Shown in pieces: positions 40,500-54,076 of a stretch of 64,000 nt of DNA (its first letter is position 1; each line of letters begins with the position of its first letter). Made by a program: the position numbers and the translations under genes. The notes under the pieces were generated by a model. The model did no database searches. It was not told where the DNA came from and worked only from the letters and a program-made list of their open reading frames with translations. Location: positions 9,302,001-9,366,000 of the forward strand of contig NC_087438.1 of NCBI RefSeq assembly GCF_036321535.1, written 5' to 3'. The stretch comes from Camelus dromedarius (taxonomy: Eukaryota).

Positions 40500-40565
40500 G
40501 TGTATATGTGCGTGAGTGTGTGTGTGTGTGTGTGTCTATATGCATGTATATATGAATATATGTGA
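40500..40565. repeat. Imperfect (TG)n/(TA)n microsatellite
   Basis: Directly visible. Confidence 0.9.
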
Positions 40566-40680
40566 ATAAATATGCAAACCAATAATGGTGGAACCAATTA
40601 TACGTGCTAAGATAGTTTACTTATGGTAATCAAGGCACTGGAGGTTGGAGGCTATCCCTCAAATTAGTCTTGAACACTTT

Positions 40681-40755
40681 ATTTTTCCCTTGATGCATAA
40701 TTGACATAATAAATTAATTTCATGTGTACAACCTAATGATTTGTTATTTTATACA
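40681..40755 (-). mobile_element. 75-bp LINE-1 3' terminus with perfect 11-bp TSD
   Basis: ttgaacacttt at 40670-40680 and 40756-40766 flanks tgatgcataattgacat...tgtacaacctaatgatttg, an antisense L1 3' end. Confidence 0.75.
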
Positions 40756-40859
40756 TTGAACACTTTCTTTCCTGGTATTTACCGTGAAATGAATTTTAAC
40801 AGCCTTAACTGTGCCTCTAAACAACTTACCAAAGCATTGTGAGGGAACACACTGGAGAA

Positions 40860-41077
40860 GTTTCAAGCCTGCTCTCTGGGGTCAACCTGCCCTTGCCAGC
40901 TGAGTGACCCTGGGCAAGCTACTTAACTGTGAGCTTTAGCTCCTCATCTGTAACTTGGGTAATAATTGTACACACCTTTTAGGGATGTTGAGATGTTTAA
41001 AAACAAAAATGTATCATCATGTTTATAATAATGTCTACTGCATAACCAACATATAATAAACAAATGCAAGCTACTAT
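40860..41077 (+). mobile_element. MIR SINE
   Basis: Core agctgagtgaccctgggcaagctacttaactgtgagctttagctcctcatctgtaac. Confidence 0.75.
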
Positions 41078-41784
41078 TTTTTTTCTAAGAAAAGAAAATT
41101 TGTTAGATGACTTTTCGAAAAGAAGGGAAGGTCTTTACTTAAAATATCAAAACATTTTGTACTGTAATTTAAAGATTTTTTGCATAACTTCCTACCTTAT
41201 CGATCAGAATAATTGACTGCAGTTTAGCCTCTCCCGAGGCTTAGGTTAAGGTCTTCTTTACGGTCATCAATTGTAAAGTCCTGTGATGAATATCAGGCCC
41301 ATAATTTACTGATACATGGGATTGTTTGGCCCTATAGGAAAGAGATTCAGCTTGCATTGATTTTCTAGACGGTAATCTCATCCCTTCATATTCAGTAGAC
41401 CTATTTTTACTTTCCTAAGGGCACTGAGTTCAACATCCTTCGTCTGCTAACAAATACCAGGTGAAGCACCTAAAAGAAGCTAGTGAAAATGATAATCTCA
41501 ATTTTAAAAACAACACAAACTCAAATAGACTTAGATTCTTGCAGAACAAAGCAAAGAAATTAATTTCCAGCTGTTCTTAAAAGCGCAGGCACTTTTCATG
41601 CTTATTTTAACTTGATAATTTTGTCCTGTGAGTAGAAGTTACGTAATTTTTGTTGAATAATTGAAACCACATATTTTTGTCTGAAATGTAAATATTTCAA
41701 ATCAGTATGATTTTAGCTTCTTCTCATGCCAAATACAAATATATATCACAATATTAACTCTAGGGGTGTTAGGCAGTAAATCAG

Positions 41785-42160
41785 TGTATCAGTCAGAAAA
41801 AAAACAAAACACAAAGCCCACATTAGATATTCCAAGACTGAAATAGTTACAAAGCAGTTAAAAAGCTGAAGGCCTAAAGACCAGATGGCGAGGCCAAAGC
41901 AGGAAGCTATCACCAGCTTTTGGGAGGGGGTGGAGTAACTCGAGCCTTGGATCCTGGGCTTCTGGTGAGAATAAGAACCAAAGATGAGATCCAGCTACTT
42001 CTGGAAACTTCCCTGAAGCAGGAAAAGATAGTGGGTGATTCTCCTATCCCCTGATCCTACTTTTTTTTTTTTTCAGTGACTGTCATTGGTTAATTGGTAA
42101 GAAAATAATTGGTTAATAGAAAAGATGGGATCTGACAGCAGACAGGCCAAGATCAGCACA
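41785..42160. mobile_element. Ancient LTR fragment (LTR78/ERVL-like, family uncertain)
   Basis: Begins with LTR-type terminus tgtatcagtcag...aaagcccacattagatattcc. Confidence 0.4.
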
Positions 42161-43009
42161 ATAAGAGTATAAGGAAATAAATTAAAATATAATAATAACT
42201 TCCTAAAGCTCTATTATGGGAGAGCTGGATGTGTGTGCTCAGATATGCCCAGAGGCATACTTTTTTGTAATATCCTCAAATTAATATCCCATAATTACCA
42301 GGCCCATGGTTTCTTCATTTTCTTTAGGTACTACTGCCATAAATAAATAACATAATTAACTTAGAAGAACACTAGGTTACATTATTAAATATCAAGTCTG
42401 TATTTAACTTGAAGGCAAAATGAAATGTCACTCAAAATTCCAAGTAAAGCTAAATGTGAGGGAAAAAAAGAATAGAAACTCTATGTATTCATCCAGTAAG
42501 GATATGTCGATGCACTGAGGCTCTCTTATGTTAGAATATCCTTGAGCCTTGTTGACAATTGTGTAGCCCCATGCCTTCTAATAAGCGGAGACAACAGCCA
42601 TCGTTAAACATTTTTTTCAATGTATTTTCCTTTCACCCTTGAATAGTCCAAGAAATGGAGAGGAAAAAAAAAGATCTGAAAGTAACAACAAATGTTAACA
42701 GGGAAGAAAATCCATTGTAGCCAGTTTTTTTCCAGATTGATCATTCTCTCAAAGCTGTGCTGGATTTCGCTCATCCTGTTCTCACGCACGGAAAGTACGG
42801 ACGTTGCTGCTGCACCCGGCAGCTGATGGGAACATCAAGTTGAACTTGAAGTGCTGGGTGAATTTACTTCTTATCTGTTAGTGAGACAAACCTTGGGAAC
42901 CCATTAAAGCTCTCTAAATATAGCTTTGCCATTTAAATACGGTAAAGGAAGTAACCAGAATCATTTACCCAGAACTGCAGTTATGTTTTAGGAACATGTT
43001 TTAGGACGT

Positions 43010-43350
43010 CACTAAGCTCTCACAATGCCACGTAAAGATATTTATCCCATTTCATAAGGAAAGAAGAAACCAAGGCCCAGAGAGGTCAGAGTGCCATTTG
43101 CCTAGAGGAACAGATGAGCACAACCACAATTTTGGCAAGATCACTGCCCTACATCATAATAATAACTAATACAATTAGAAAGGGTCAGGCTCACTCCTAA
43201 GAACTCTCAGTAAATTAATTCAATGAGTACTCAGATTTTTTTTTTACACAGATGAAGCATAAGAAGCACAGAGAGGTTAAGTAATTTTTCCAAGGTCATT
43301 CAGTCATTAAGTGGCAGAAATTGGATGTAGTTTGGCCCAAGAGTCCCCAC
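43010..43350 (-). mobile_element. Two adjacent MIR fragments
   Basis: gaaaccaaggcccagagaggtcagagtg and agcacagagaggttaagtaatttttccaaggtcat are antisense MIR cores. Confidence 0.65.
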
Positions 43351-43639
43351 TGTCAAATAACGTTACGTGTATCACCTCTCAACATACTCTGAAGGGACAT
43401 TATGGAGATCATACAAAGCATTATATTTGAAAATATCCATGAAATATAAATGCTATACATACATAAATCATCACTGTAATTCTTAACAAAAGGAGGAAAT
43501 ATCAGAAAATAATACAGGTGATTCTAATAAGTACCTTTTGGAATATGATGATAAAAATCAAACTTGATGACTATCTTTGAACAATAAAGTTACACGGTAG
43601 ATGCAGTCCATCCGTGCTGCACATCTGAGTAAAGACGTG

Positions 43640-44130
43640 CAGTGGTTTCCCACGGGGCTTAGAATCATTTCTAAGCATTTACTTTGACCTGCCAATCTCC
43701 ACCTAAATTGGTCCCAAATACCTTGCCAATCTTACCCCTTAATATCCTCCCTTGGCCCAAAGTTTTAAAAGCATAGAGTCTTTTGCTATTTTTTTCAAAC
43801 TATAAGCCTAGTCCTGCTTTAACAATTCCTTCTGCTCACAAGGCAATCCCCCCTGATTCCCTCATGGGCTGGCATCTTCTCATATTTCAATCTCTTCCTC
43901 AAGGTGCTTACCTCAGTCTAAAGTAGCCACTCAGCCAAGTGCTAGTCTATTGGCTTGTTTTTATACTCTACAGAGTAATAATGTATATTCATGTTTTAAA
44001 AAATTTTGTTGATAGGTAAAAACTTTCACACCCAATAAAAGCAGTGTACATTGAGTAGAAGCCTTGTCTCTCTTCATTGACTAGCATATAGTAGGTATTT
44101 AGCAAACATGAGTGAATAAATGAATGAATT
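43640..44130 (+). mobile_element. L2 LINE 3' portion
   Basis: Starts cagtggtttcccacggggcttagaatc; ends ctagcatatagtaggtatttagcaaacatgagtgaataaatgaatgaat (L2 tail). Confidence 0.7.
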
Positions 44131-45324
44131 AATCATAATTAAATAACTAAATCCATATAATTTTGAATATAGAAAGCATTATCCTAATAAGACCAAGGTT
44201 ATGAGTTAGACCTCTATGAACACCAAATAGCTTTAGCAGAATTTCACTCTGAAAACCAATTCATCAACATGAAAATTCATATTAGTAGCCAAAATGAAAT
44301 CAAGTTTCAAGTACAGATAAGTAAACACATACTCTCACCACTTAATGGAAATATATCTCAAAATGGATGTTATTTTTGCTATTATTTATAAGAGAGTATT
44401 AATGGCAAAAAGTGAACAATGTGATGTATAGCATTCTGTGAATGCAAAATAAATATAATTTATTTACAACTATAGAAAGTAACAAATATGGAATTTAATA
44501 ATATTAATTTGATTTTGAATATCCACAAAGAAATCTCAGGGGTAATATAATATTTTTGAAAATAAAATAAATTATCATAAGTATATTTAGCTCAGTTTCA
44601 TTTGTTCTTTTTATATCTTCCGAGATTATGTTGGTTTTGATTCTCAGTACTTACTTCAAGTCCATTTCACCTAGAAAAGTCAAACAATTTGCTATGATTT
44701 ATACACTTTCATTTATATTCACATGAAACTCCTCTCTCTCAAGACTTATTTTCTGTTATTTGCCTTTGTCACTGTTGATGTATGAAATAAGCCATTTAAC
44801 GGGAAAAAGTGTTCAAATTGAATAAGGATGACATTGACAATGAGGTGAATTTTACATGAATATGTTTCAAGTAAAATGACTTTTCCTAAGATTTACAATA
44901 AAACTTTTTACGTTAAGACAGCTGAAGTCAATATGCTTGAGATCGAAGTTAGATTGCAGGATTTATGGTAAATTTTATACTCTATATTTTAGAAGTAAAT
45001 TCAGACGCTGATGTATCATTTCTGCCTAGTATTTCAACCATGGCTGGCATGTGTATAATTTTTAGCTTAAGTCATTATGATAAGAAATGGCTTCTTCCAA
45101 ATCAATGTTTACAACCTACGTTTTCTTTATATTCCTTTATTTTTCTTTTCAAGGGAAGTAGATAGAAAAGGGCTAAAATTTTTTAAAAAGCAGGCTACCA
45201 TTCTTAATCTGAAGTTTTGCAATAAGGAAAGTTCCCATTTTAAGAAATGAAACTCAGCATTTATAATGACTGCCTGGACTTAAACAGACATCTCTTAACA
45301 CGAATTAATTGAATTAGAAATCCA

Positions 45325-45570
45325 AAATGTGTATTTCAAGGGACATAAATCCTATGGCATATTTTCCAAAGAATAGGATTCCATGAGCAAATAAATTTCA
45401 TAAATACAGTTTTGCACCTTACCTTAGATATTCAGTCACACTAACCAGCATACTAAAGGTTTTGAGTAATTCAGCTGTAATGGCATCTGAATATTTAATG
45501 CATAATTTGTTTAATTTATTTGGGATGTCCTTTACGTGGCAGCCTAATAATTTCTGGAGAATATAGGTTA
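45325..45570. mobile_element. hAT-Charlie MITE, MER103C-like
   Basis: cagcatactaaaggttttgagtaattcagctgta and ggattccatgagcaaataaattt resemble the remembered MER103C consensus. Confidence 0.45.
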
Positions 45571-48499
45571 GCAAATAATCACTCTGATTTTTTCCCAACT
45601 TGCTTTATGTTTATTTATGTTAAAATGCTTTTGTGTTAAGTTTATTTTACTTCTATATTTTCTAGAATATATTCCTCCCCTGATCATTCTAGATAAACCA
45701 ATATAGGTGTGTATTCACTAAAATTATTGTGCTTCTCTTAGGTAAGATTTTTACTGACATCAACATGAGTACATGCACAGTGTGCACCCACGCTATAAAA
45801 AGAAACAAAGCCTGACTTCTGCAATGGCAGGTCATAATTAGCCTGTGTTTGCATGGTCCATCTTTGATTCATTTCCTTGACTTTTATTGACAACAGTGAG
45901 TTCACCACCCTGACTCTACTTTGGATAAGAATAGAAAAGAAAGTTGAGTTTCACAGAGAAAGGACAAGATTCTATCAATTACAAGGAAAAGGAGAGAGAT
46001 TTAGATAACTTCGGAGCATGTACATATGAGAAGGGTTGTTACTTGGGAGATTATATGGTAGTATCATCAAGAGAAAATTTACCAAAGGATAACTATGAAT
46101 ATTCTATATAGATATAGGAATGGGATGGGTGAGATAATGTTGAAAATAGAGGTTTATGCCCAAACAAACTGATAGGTTTAAGTGGAGAGATGTGAGGGTT
46201 GGGATAAGAGGTGAAGGAAACACCTTAGAGGCAGGAGAGTGGGAGACAGCAGGAGTAATGAACATTGCTCTTTGAGAAATGTGGATGGACTCGGGAGAAA
46301 GGGCGAAATTCACTGTGACAAAGATACAATAAGGTGCTTAAAATGCTATCAAAATACCACCTCCACCCCACATACAATCCAAAGCAAACCTGTACTCTAA
46401 AGTAAATGTTTATAATTGTTGAACAAATAACGATTATTTAAAAATATGCCACTTGGTCAGGTTCAGAAAAGTAGGAATGACCAATGTAGACCATAAACAT
46501 GAAAATATACTTGTAAAAGATTATCCTTATTGATTTTCTACTGATTATAGAATTTTCCTAAGTTATATGAATAATCAATTCTTCATTTGCTTTCTTAGGG
46601 CAAATACAAACCCGGAAAGCCAAAATTAATGTGATATATGTTTTATGTGATAACCCATATAGTTGTTTTTAATCAGAAGTGAAGGAGGAAATATTCTTTG
46701 GTAGGATAGTGTGCAAAACAAACAGAAGTATGAATCAACTGATTATGAAACAGACTTTTGTAAAAAGCTAACAAAGCACTGAGTCTATATAAAAAATAAA
46801 ATGTTAATTCTACTGGTTGTAGGATTTTCCTTGAGCTGTGTGAATCAGGATAAGTTTTCCATTTGTTTCACTTGATTAAATACAAACTAAGTTACCCCAA
46901 ACTCATGCTTCATAGGGTTTTATGAATTCCAAGGACAACCACTTCAAAATTTTGTCAAAATAAAATAAATAAATGTCATGGTAGAGTGGTAGCACGTTAT
47001 ATGAAACAAACAAACACCACCACAAGTGGCTGTGTCTCCTCCCAAACATAAAATCAGCTTTTATGGCATCACTTTCCTTTACTAAGCATCGCACTTGGAC
47101 ATCCATTTATTTAATAACAATTTATATGTGTGGGCTTCTCAAAATTCCCCTCTTAGTTACTGATAATATGGGATTCTTTTCTATTTGACTTTAATAGATT
47201 CAATGAATGCATCTAACTTTAGCTGCTAGTAATTCTCACTTGAATGAAATTCGTTTAAATTTTGTCTTCTATGAAAAAGTTTACAATATTGAACAAACGT
47301 CTTTCCACAAATATATTATATGCTGCATTTTCCTTCATATAAAAACATAGTGTGATCATATAAACTTAGAGGATCTGTCAAAGCAGATTGGACTAGATAA
47401 ATACATTACAGTATTTCTCCATGGAGGAAAGGGACTCTTTGCCAACAATTACATATGAAAATATCTAAACATTATTAGCATGTCTTCCTTTTCAATATTG
47501 GGCAATAATTCATTCTTAACATTCTTAATTTCCTATCAGAGGGCTAAGAGTTTAATGTCATGCCTGTGACTTACTAGCTTTCTTTTCCTTTATTCTTATG
47601 TGAACAAAATTATTAGTATAAGTTAATTTGCAACGTAAGGACATTGATGTTGAATAAAAGATTTCGCATTGAAAAAGCTGATGCCTCAATCTGAGTATTT
47701 AAAAGACACACTTTAGAGAGTTATGGATTTCCTTACTTATACTCTTCACATGCTAAAGGAGGGATGAAGAAAACCTTAGTTAATAATGAATAAAAGTAAT
47801 ATTCCCAATCACCATCCAAAATCCTTTAACATTACTATATTGGGAAGGACCTCTGAGATAGGTAGTAGGTCTGTGTAGATTTGGAAAAGACTTATTTGGA
47901 GAAAAAAAGAATTTTCACAGAATTTAAAATGGAGACGTGGAGGGGCAGAAACATTAGGAAGAGCAAAACTATCTCGTAATGTCTCTGTGATAAGGAAGCA
48001 GAAAAGTCCTAGATATGACTTTGAATAATCAATCATATGTACTTATTTTAATAATTTAAAAATTTCATTTTCCCTATTTGCTATTTTTGCTAAATTCAGT
48101 CAGTGATGAAATAATAGATTTGGTAGAATATCTTCACTCCCTAGGCAATGTCGACACAAGGCCATCTTTGCCTCCTCAGTCACAAATGATGATTGCTTTT
48201 ATTTCAGCTTTATTGTTGTTTGGTATTTTGCCAGATGTTTTCCTCGGTCTAGCTCATTCCACTTTGCTGTAAGCAGAGGTAAGGTATGCATCTCTGATAA
48301 AGTTACAACAAGAGAGACCTTTATTTAGTTAGTTTATGAGATTTATAAAACAATAAATAAAACTAGAGTTCTCCTAAATGTGACCTAGGATGTTTTGGTA
48401 TTTTCTATTTGTTCAATAGCAGACCTTAAAATGATATTTTAAATAGAGTTTGTGTACAGACACATACACAGCTGTGGTACAAAAAAAAAAAAAACAAAA

Positions 48500-48680
48500 C
48501 CTGCAAGCAGTTTTGCAACAAAAGTGAAAACAAAGTTTTGGAGAGTGTTGAGGAAAAGCCATCGATTTATTCTGACGGAAGACAAGGGAAAATTTCACCA
48601 AAAAAGGGTAAAATTTAAGCTAGCTTTAGAAAGATTAAACGAGTAAGATTTTGACAGCTGAAAATGTGTGGAAAAGCCTA
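48500..48680 (-). mobile_element. L2 fragment
   Basis: agggaaaatttcaccaaaaaagggtaaaatttaagctagctttagaaagattaaacgag resembles antisense L2c/d. Confidence 0.45.
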
Positions 48681-51155
48681 CCAGTTATTCTGATGTTTTA
48701 AAAAATTGACAGTGCAACATTTTTGGCAGCTTCTCTTTATTAATTTATTTTTTCTCCCAAGCTCTAGGCAGACATTTAGCAATTAATCTTCTGGAGCTAC
48801 AATGAAATAGGCAAGTGTGATTGGAATCATGAATAGCTCAGTGTGAGGATAAAAGATAAAAAAAGACGTAAGTGACAAGTTTAAGATCATAAAAGCACTC
48901 ACTCATCAGAGGTTAGAATTCCTGAATTTTAGACTTCACTATGTAGCCTTCACACCAGCACTAGCAACACTGGCATTCTTCCATTTACTTGCCATGATGG
49001 TGTCTCAGGAAAAAAAGAGAACTACAGGAGTTGGGTCCTTTACCAACTATACTGAAATCTACTAATAACTGTTTCTCCAGGGGAGGTAAAATAATTACTT
49101 CAATGTTCAACTGAGAAAAAGATGGCTTCCAAAAATGTACTTAAATATCCATTTGCTTTCCGAAGGATGAATTCATCTTGGCTCAAATTTACATCAACAT
49201 TACTGTCATAATTTTATCATCATCATCATCATTTTCATTTTACTCTCCGTATCATGAGTCTCATCTATTCACTTACTTTTGTGACAATATTTCAGTGTTA
49301 ATTTTGTCATATTTTTTGTTGATATCACTGTACATTGGGAATATACATATATTATTTAAATCTATTTTCAGCAAAAATCTATGACTTCAATTTTTAGCAG
49401 ATTTTCTCCCTGTCTATAATATGTAGGAGATACGTAGGCTAATAATTAAGAAATTTCCTGGGAGCAAAATATATTCATTACAAAAGTCAAAGTATCAGGT
49501 ATTTGTTAAAGCCAGCACAGTATTTTCTAGAGCTAATTAAGTCATAAAATTATATATATACAAAGTATGTATTTTTTACTCATCTTTACTAAAGATCAAA
49601 ATGCTATACAGATTTTTGAAATAAGAATTTGAAAGAAAGCTCCATTTTTGAAAACTGGAAGAAAATGTTGTGCTGCAGAGAGTAAGTAAAGATGGGGCAT
49701 CACATTTAGGCTACGTGGTCACTACATATGTCTGCATATATTTGTAACAAATTGGAATAAAGGACATTTGACTACTCTGTGAGTTACGGTAAGTAATCTT
49801 TTCATTATTTTCATCCCTAACAAAGTCTATTACAAGTCCAGGCCAAGAAGCTGAACTTCACTAAAGAAATAACACAAACTAGCTAATAAACGTGATTCAT
49901 AAATTTTAAACAGGAGCATAAAAATAGATGAGAGGAGAGTAGGAGTTTCAGAGTAACAGAAGACTGTTGTCAAGGAACCAAACATGATCACAAAGTTATG
50001 GTGGAAGGTCATGGACTAAATCTGGGAATCACTGATATAAAAACAAGCAAGTGTTCTCATTGACCATTAGTCAAAATGCACTGTCCTAGCCCCCATAATC
50101 AGACTCAAGCATAGAAAACAGAAAGGAAATGTTAATTGGGCAGCACTGACTGTTAAGAGAGGAGGGTTAAAGGGTAGTAAACTAGTTGGTATAAGTACAA
50201 CATGTTAATTTAGTAAATTCAGAGAGAAGTGCATTATCAGAAGTACTTTGTAAACAACAAAAGAGACAGAGAAAATATTCAGAATAGTTTCCTACTTGCT
50301 AACACAACAGGGAATTCAGTTGGGATCACAGTTGAAGTTTTATTAGATGTAGTAAGAATCCACTTGACATCGGTGTGTGCACAGTTCATTCTGGCTGTCA
50401 TAAATCTTATTTTGATGATTTTAAAAATTTAAAAATCCACATTTAAAGACATTAAAGACTTCCATTTTGAGGCAGACCTGTAGAATATTACAGGATGTAT
50501 TTTTGCAATGGACAAAGAATCAGATCATCTGGGGGACAGGGAACAATAGGACGGAAGAATCTGGATCTTTTATAAGCTGTGAATTTGATTTCTGCGCTCT
50601 GAAATTTTCCTGTGAACTGTATAAATTTTAGGTCTCTTTGACTATGTAGGTGGGTTACTAAATGATAAAGTAAATATTTATTGTCCCACATTATATCAAT
50701 TGTCATACCTGATCCCACTACTTCATTGAAGAAAGTTTATAGGGAATAGAGTGACTGAGTTAAAAATAAGTATTACAATACATACAGGAAATAATACCAA
50801 ATAAGATGTATTTTTGTTTAGGACAACACTTATCTTTATTTAGTCATTGATATTCAGTGGGAAATTGGGTGGAGAAGAGGCTATACATACAAAAAACCAA
50901 ATAAGATTTCTAGAATATAAATGTCTAATCTGTTCTTCCACATTAAAACAATTTCTCTTGAACGGTTTCTGTTGTATTGGTGAACAAACACTATAAAATG
51001 CATTGATTTAAATAATCCACTTACTTGCATGGTGCAAGTAGAAATTGTTATTATTAGACTCAGGGCTCAGTGATTGCACTAATTATAATTTACAGTTCCA
51101 GAGAGGGAGTTACAGGAGGAAACAATGGAAAGAAGAAAGCCATATGGACATGATT

Positions 51156-51157
<2 letters not shown>

Positions 51158-51198
<41 letters not shown>

Positions 51199-51252
51199 TG
51201 TGTATGTGTGTGTATATATATATATATACATATATATATACACACACACACA
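51158..51252. repeat. Compound dinucleotide microsatellite (TG)19...(TA)n(CA)6
   Basis: Directly visible. Confidence 0.98.
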
Positions 51253-51479
51253 AACTACCTGAAATCATTAGCTGGTACTTAAACTCCAATTATCCAAAGA
51301 ACTCACAGGAAGACTATAGCTATAAGGCTGAATGACATGATAATATATTTCACAGCTGCTTAGAACTAAGAAGACAGATTTTGGAGTTTAATCCTGCTAA
51401 GTAAGAGGGAATTAATAAATATTTTGTGCTCTATATTCAAATCTAAGAAGGGTTAGGGCTTAAGATTAAGCACTACATT

Positions 51480-51940
51480 CTAAAACCTAAGGGATTTTGT
51501 CCAAGATATAAGATAAAAATGGAAGTAGATTCACTTTTTAAAAATCTAAAGATCAAAATGCCACAAACTCAACTTAATCCCCAGCAGCTTAATTGCCTTC
51601 TAGGACAAAAATTTAAAACTCTTTAAAAAAAGATAACAAACACCAGAGTCTATAAATGTATCATCCATAATTTCCTACATACAGTCAAAAAGAATAAAGG
51701 ATGTATTTTAAAAACCCACAGGAAAACGTGACAAGAAACAGACTTAGAAAAATCAAGATTTTGGAATTATCAGATAAAGGATACAAACAAACTATGATTA
51801 ACATGTTAATGAATTTTTCTGAAAACTATGGGATTACCGGGTAAAGAGATTTGGACTATGAGAAGAGACATAGAAACTCTAAAAAATAGAAATGGAAAAT
51901 ATAAGAAAAAAAATTAGACATCTCAAACAATGAATAACAT
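51480..51940 (+). mobile_element. Old L1M 5'/ORF1 fragment
   Basis: A-rich; ttggaattatcagataaaggatacaaacaaactatgattaacatgtta (~LELSDKDFKxTMINML). Confidence 0.55.
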
Positions 51941-51964
51941 GTCCACCAGTTTTATCTAAACTAT

Positions 51965-52114
51965 CAAGGGAGAGAGTCTCCTGACAAGACTGACTTTACA
52001 ATATCATGTAGCATAGTCACCCTGCCCACACACACTCAAGGAGAGGAAAACATCCAGGGGTGTGAGTACTGGGAGGCAGGAATAATCAGACCCATCTTAG
52101 AATCTCCACACTAC
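51965..52114 (-). mobile_element. MLT1 (E/F-like) LTR fragment
   Basis: cccacacacactcaaggagagg...ggtgtgagtactgggaggcaggaataatcagacccatcttagaatc. Confidence 0.6.
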
Positions 52115-52589
52115 CCTTTCATGGTCTCTTTAGATCCACTTGCCATTTTTCTTCACCTAAGTAAACGCCTTGGGAGGCAAACTCTCGTGGCTTATGATTA
52201 GGTCCGGCCATGGGGAGGATAAAGGCAGGCAACTGGGAGACTGGAAAGCATGGTGTTGCAGGAGATGTTCTGCTGGCTCCCTCCTTCCCAGGGATGGTTG
52301 AGCGGGGGCTGCCTTTTGCTACTGAAACTTAGAGCTTAGGTTTGCTGGCTCTCACTTACAGCATCAGCATTTCTCCAAATCCTGATAATTTTGTTGCCCT
52401 TTTCATTTGTCCTTTCACAGCTCGAAGTGGTAATGGATCTTAGCTGTTGTTAGTCCATAGTGATGCAGCATCTCTTGCTGGGTTCCCTAAACTGTGCCCA
52501 CTCTATTGTAAATAATCCCTTCTTTAAACCCTTCTTAACTACCCAGGGTGAGCATGCCATTCGTTTTCTGAGAGTCTCTGACCAGTAAA
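52115..52589 (+). mobile_element. LTR33-like ERVL solo LTR
   Basis: 3' part ccctaaactgtgcccactctattgtaaataatcccttctttaaacc...gagcatgccattcgttttctg matches the remembered LTR33 end. Confidence 0.7.
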
Positions 52590-52599
52590 ACCACATGGG

Positions 52600-52865
52600 C
52601 AGATAATGGAGAAAAATCTTATAGCCTCAGTGGATACAGAAAAGGCATTTAGTAATAGCCAACATGCAAAAATAATTAGCAGTTTAAACAACAAATATTT
52701 TAAAAAAAAACTAGGAATATAAGGAAACTAATATGATCTGATGAAAGATATCCTTCAAAATACAGAGCAAACATCATGTCAAATGGTGAACCATTCAAAT
52801 CTTTTTCTCAAAGATCGAGAACAACTCAAGGATGTTTCCTAGCCTGTTTTCAATATTGAATAAGG
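52600..52865 (+). mobile_element. Old L1 ORF2 RT fragment
   Basis: tcagtggatacagaaaaggcattt (SVDTEKAF, cf. SIDAEKAF) and caaggatgt (QGC). Confidence 0.65.
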
Positions 52866-53984
52866 GACAAGCAAGGCAGGACACGTACACACACTAATAG
52901 ATTGGCAAAAATTTCTCATTAGAAACAGATATAAAAGATACCATGATTCTGTATTTAACTGGTAGCACCAGAGGGATTCAATTATTATACTTCTGACCTT
53001 AAATCTTGGGTTTTCACAGTCTCTTGGCTTAAAATCTGAAGTCCTTCATCTGTAATGGCTCATTGGGACAAGACCTTAAACTTCTTAGGAATTCTTGTGT
53101 TTGGGTGTTCTGTTTTGTTTTGTTTTACTTTAAAATGGGGTTATTCCACTAGATGACCACAGCATAAACTTTAGTTTTAAACTTCTACTTCTACACCAAT
53201 GTATTCATATATTTAATTTTCTTTTTTGAAATTAATGTGGCAAATTTCCCTGTGATAAGTCAGGTAAGATGAAATTTATACTTGTCACTTGAGAAAAACA
53301 GTGATTTTATATTTTTGTTAAATACATTAATAAACTATGTTGATTTACCCGAAAGCTTTTTTGTATTCTAAGGATTTTTAAGAGAAGCTAATGCTTGAAG
53401 ATGATTTCTGAAATCTGAGAGACACCAGAAAAGAATGGAAATCAAATATATTGTGATTTTTAAAATCAGTCAGGAAGTAGGACTCATATGCAGTGGCTGC
53501 AGTAAGACTGACTGGGGCCATTACTCTTCATCTAAAGGTCACTCTCAATCATATGCAGTTTTATGCAAATCTTTGTTTCACTCTTAGTTTTCTCTCTCCA
53601 GAAGCAAATGACTGCATCCCCTTCTTTGCTAATTAGTCAGAGAGAGAGAGAGAGTTAACTCCTGCTTTATTTTTAGAATATGTCATTTTGTGCCGGTTGC
53701 TTCTTAAAATTTGTACCACAAACATTTGAAATTTAATTAGGACATTCATCCCTTAGATCACATCACTGTGATGTACCCCCTTGTTCATTTCACTTCACTG
53801 TGTATCTGACACATGAAAAGGGAAAAATTCATTCTGATATTGCAAATACAATTTTGTTACCATTAAGAGCTATGGAATAGGAGACACCAGGGGCATAACT
53901 GGCTGAACACATCCTTCGGTTTAGAGGGTAGAAGGTCAGCATGTAGGAAGTGAAGTGACACCTCAGCGGGTACTGAACTCTTAC

Positions 53985-54076
53985 CGTTAGCTGGTGACCA
54001 CAGCATACGCAGTCATGATTCATTACAGCATGGCCGTCTTAGGGAGATTTTCCTTCATGTTCATATTTGCCAGCGA
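53985..54076 (-). other. Candidate spliced exon (92 nt), gene unknown
   Basis: Minus-strand acceptor ctattttcttctctaccaatcacattcaag and donor ACG|GTAAGA. Confidence 0.35.
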
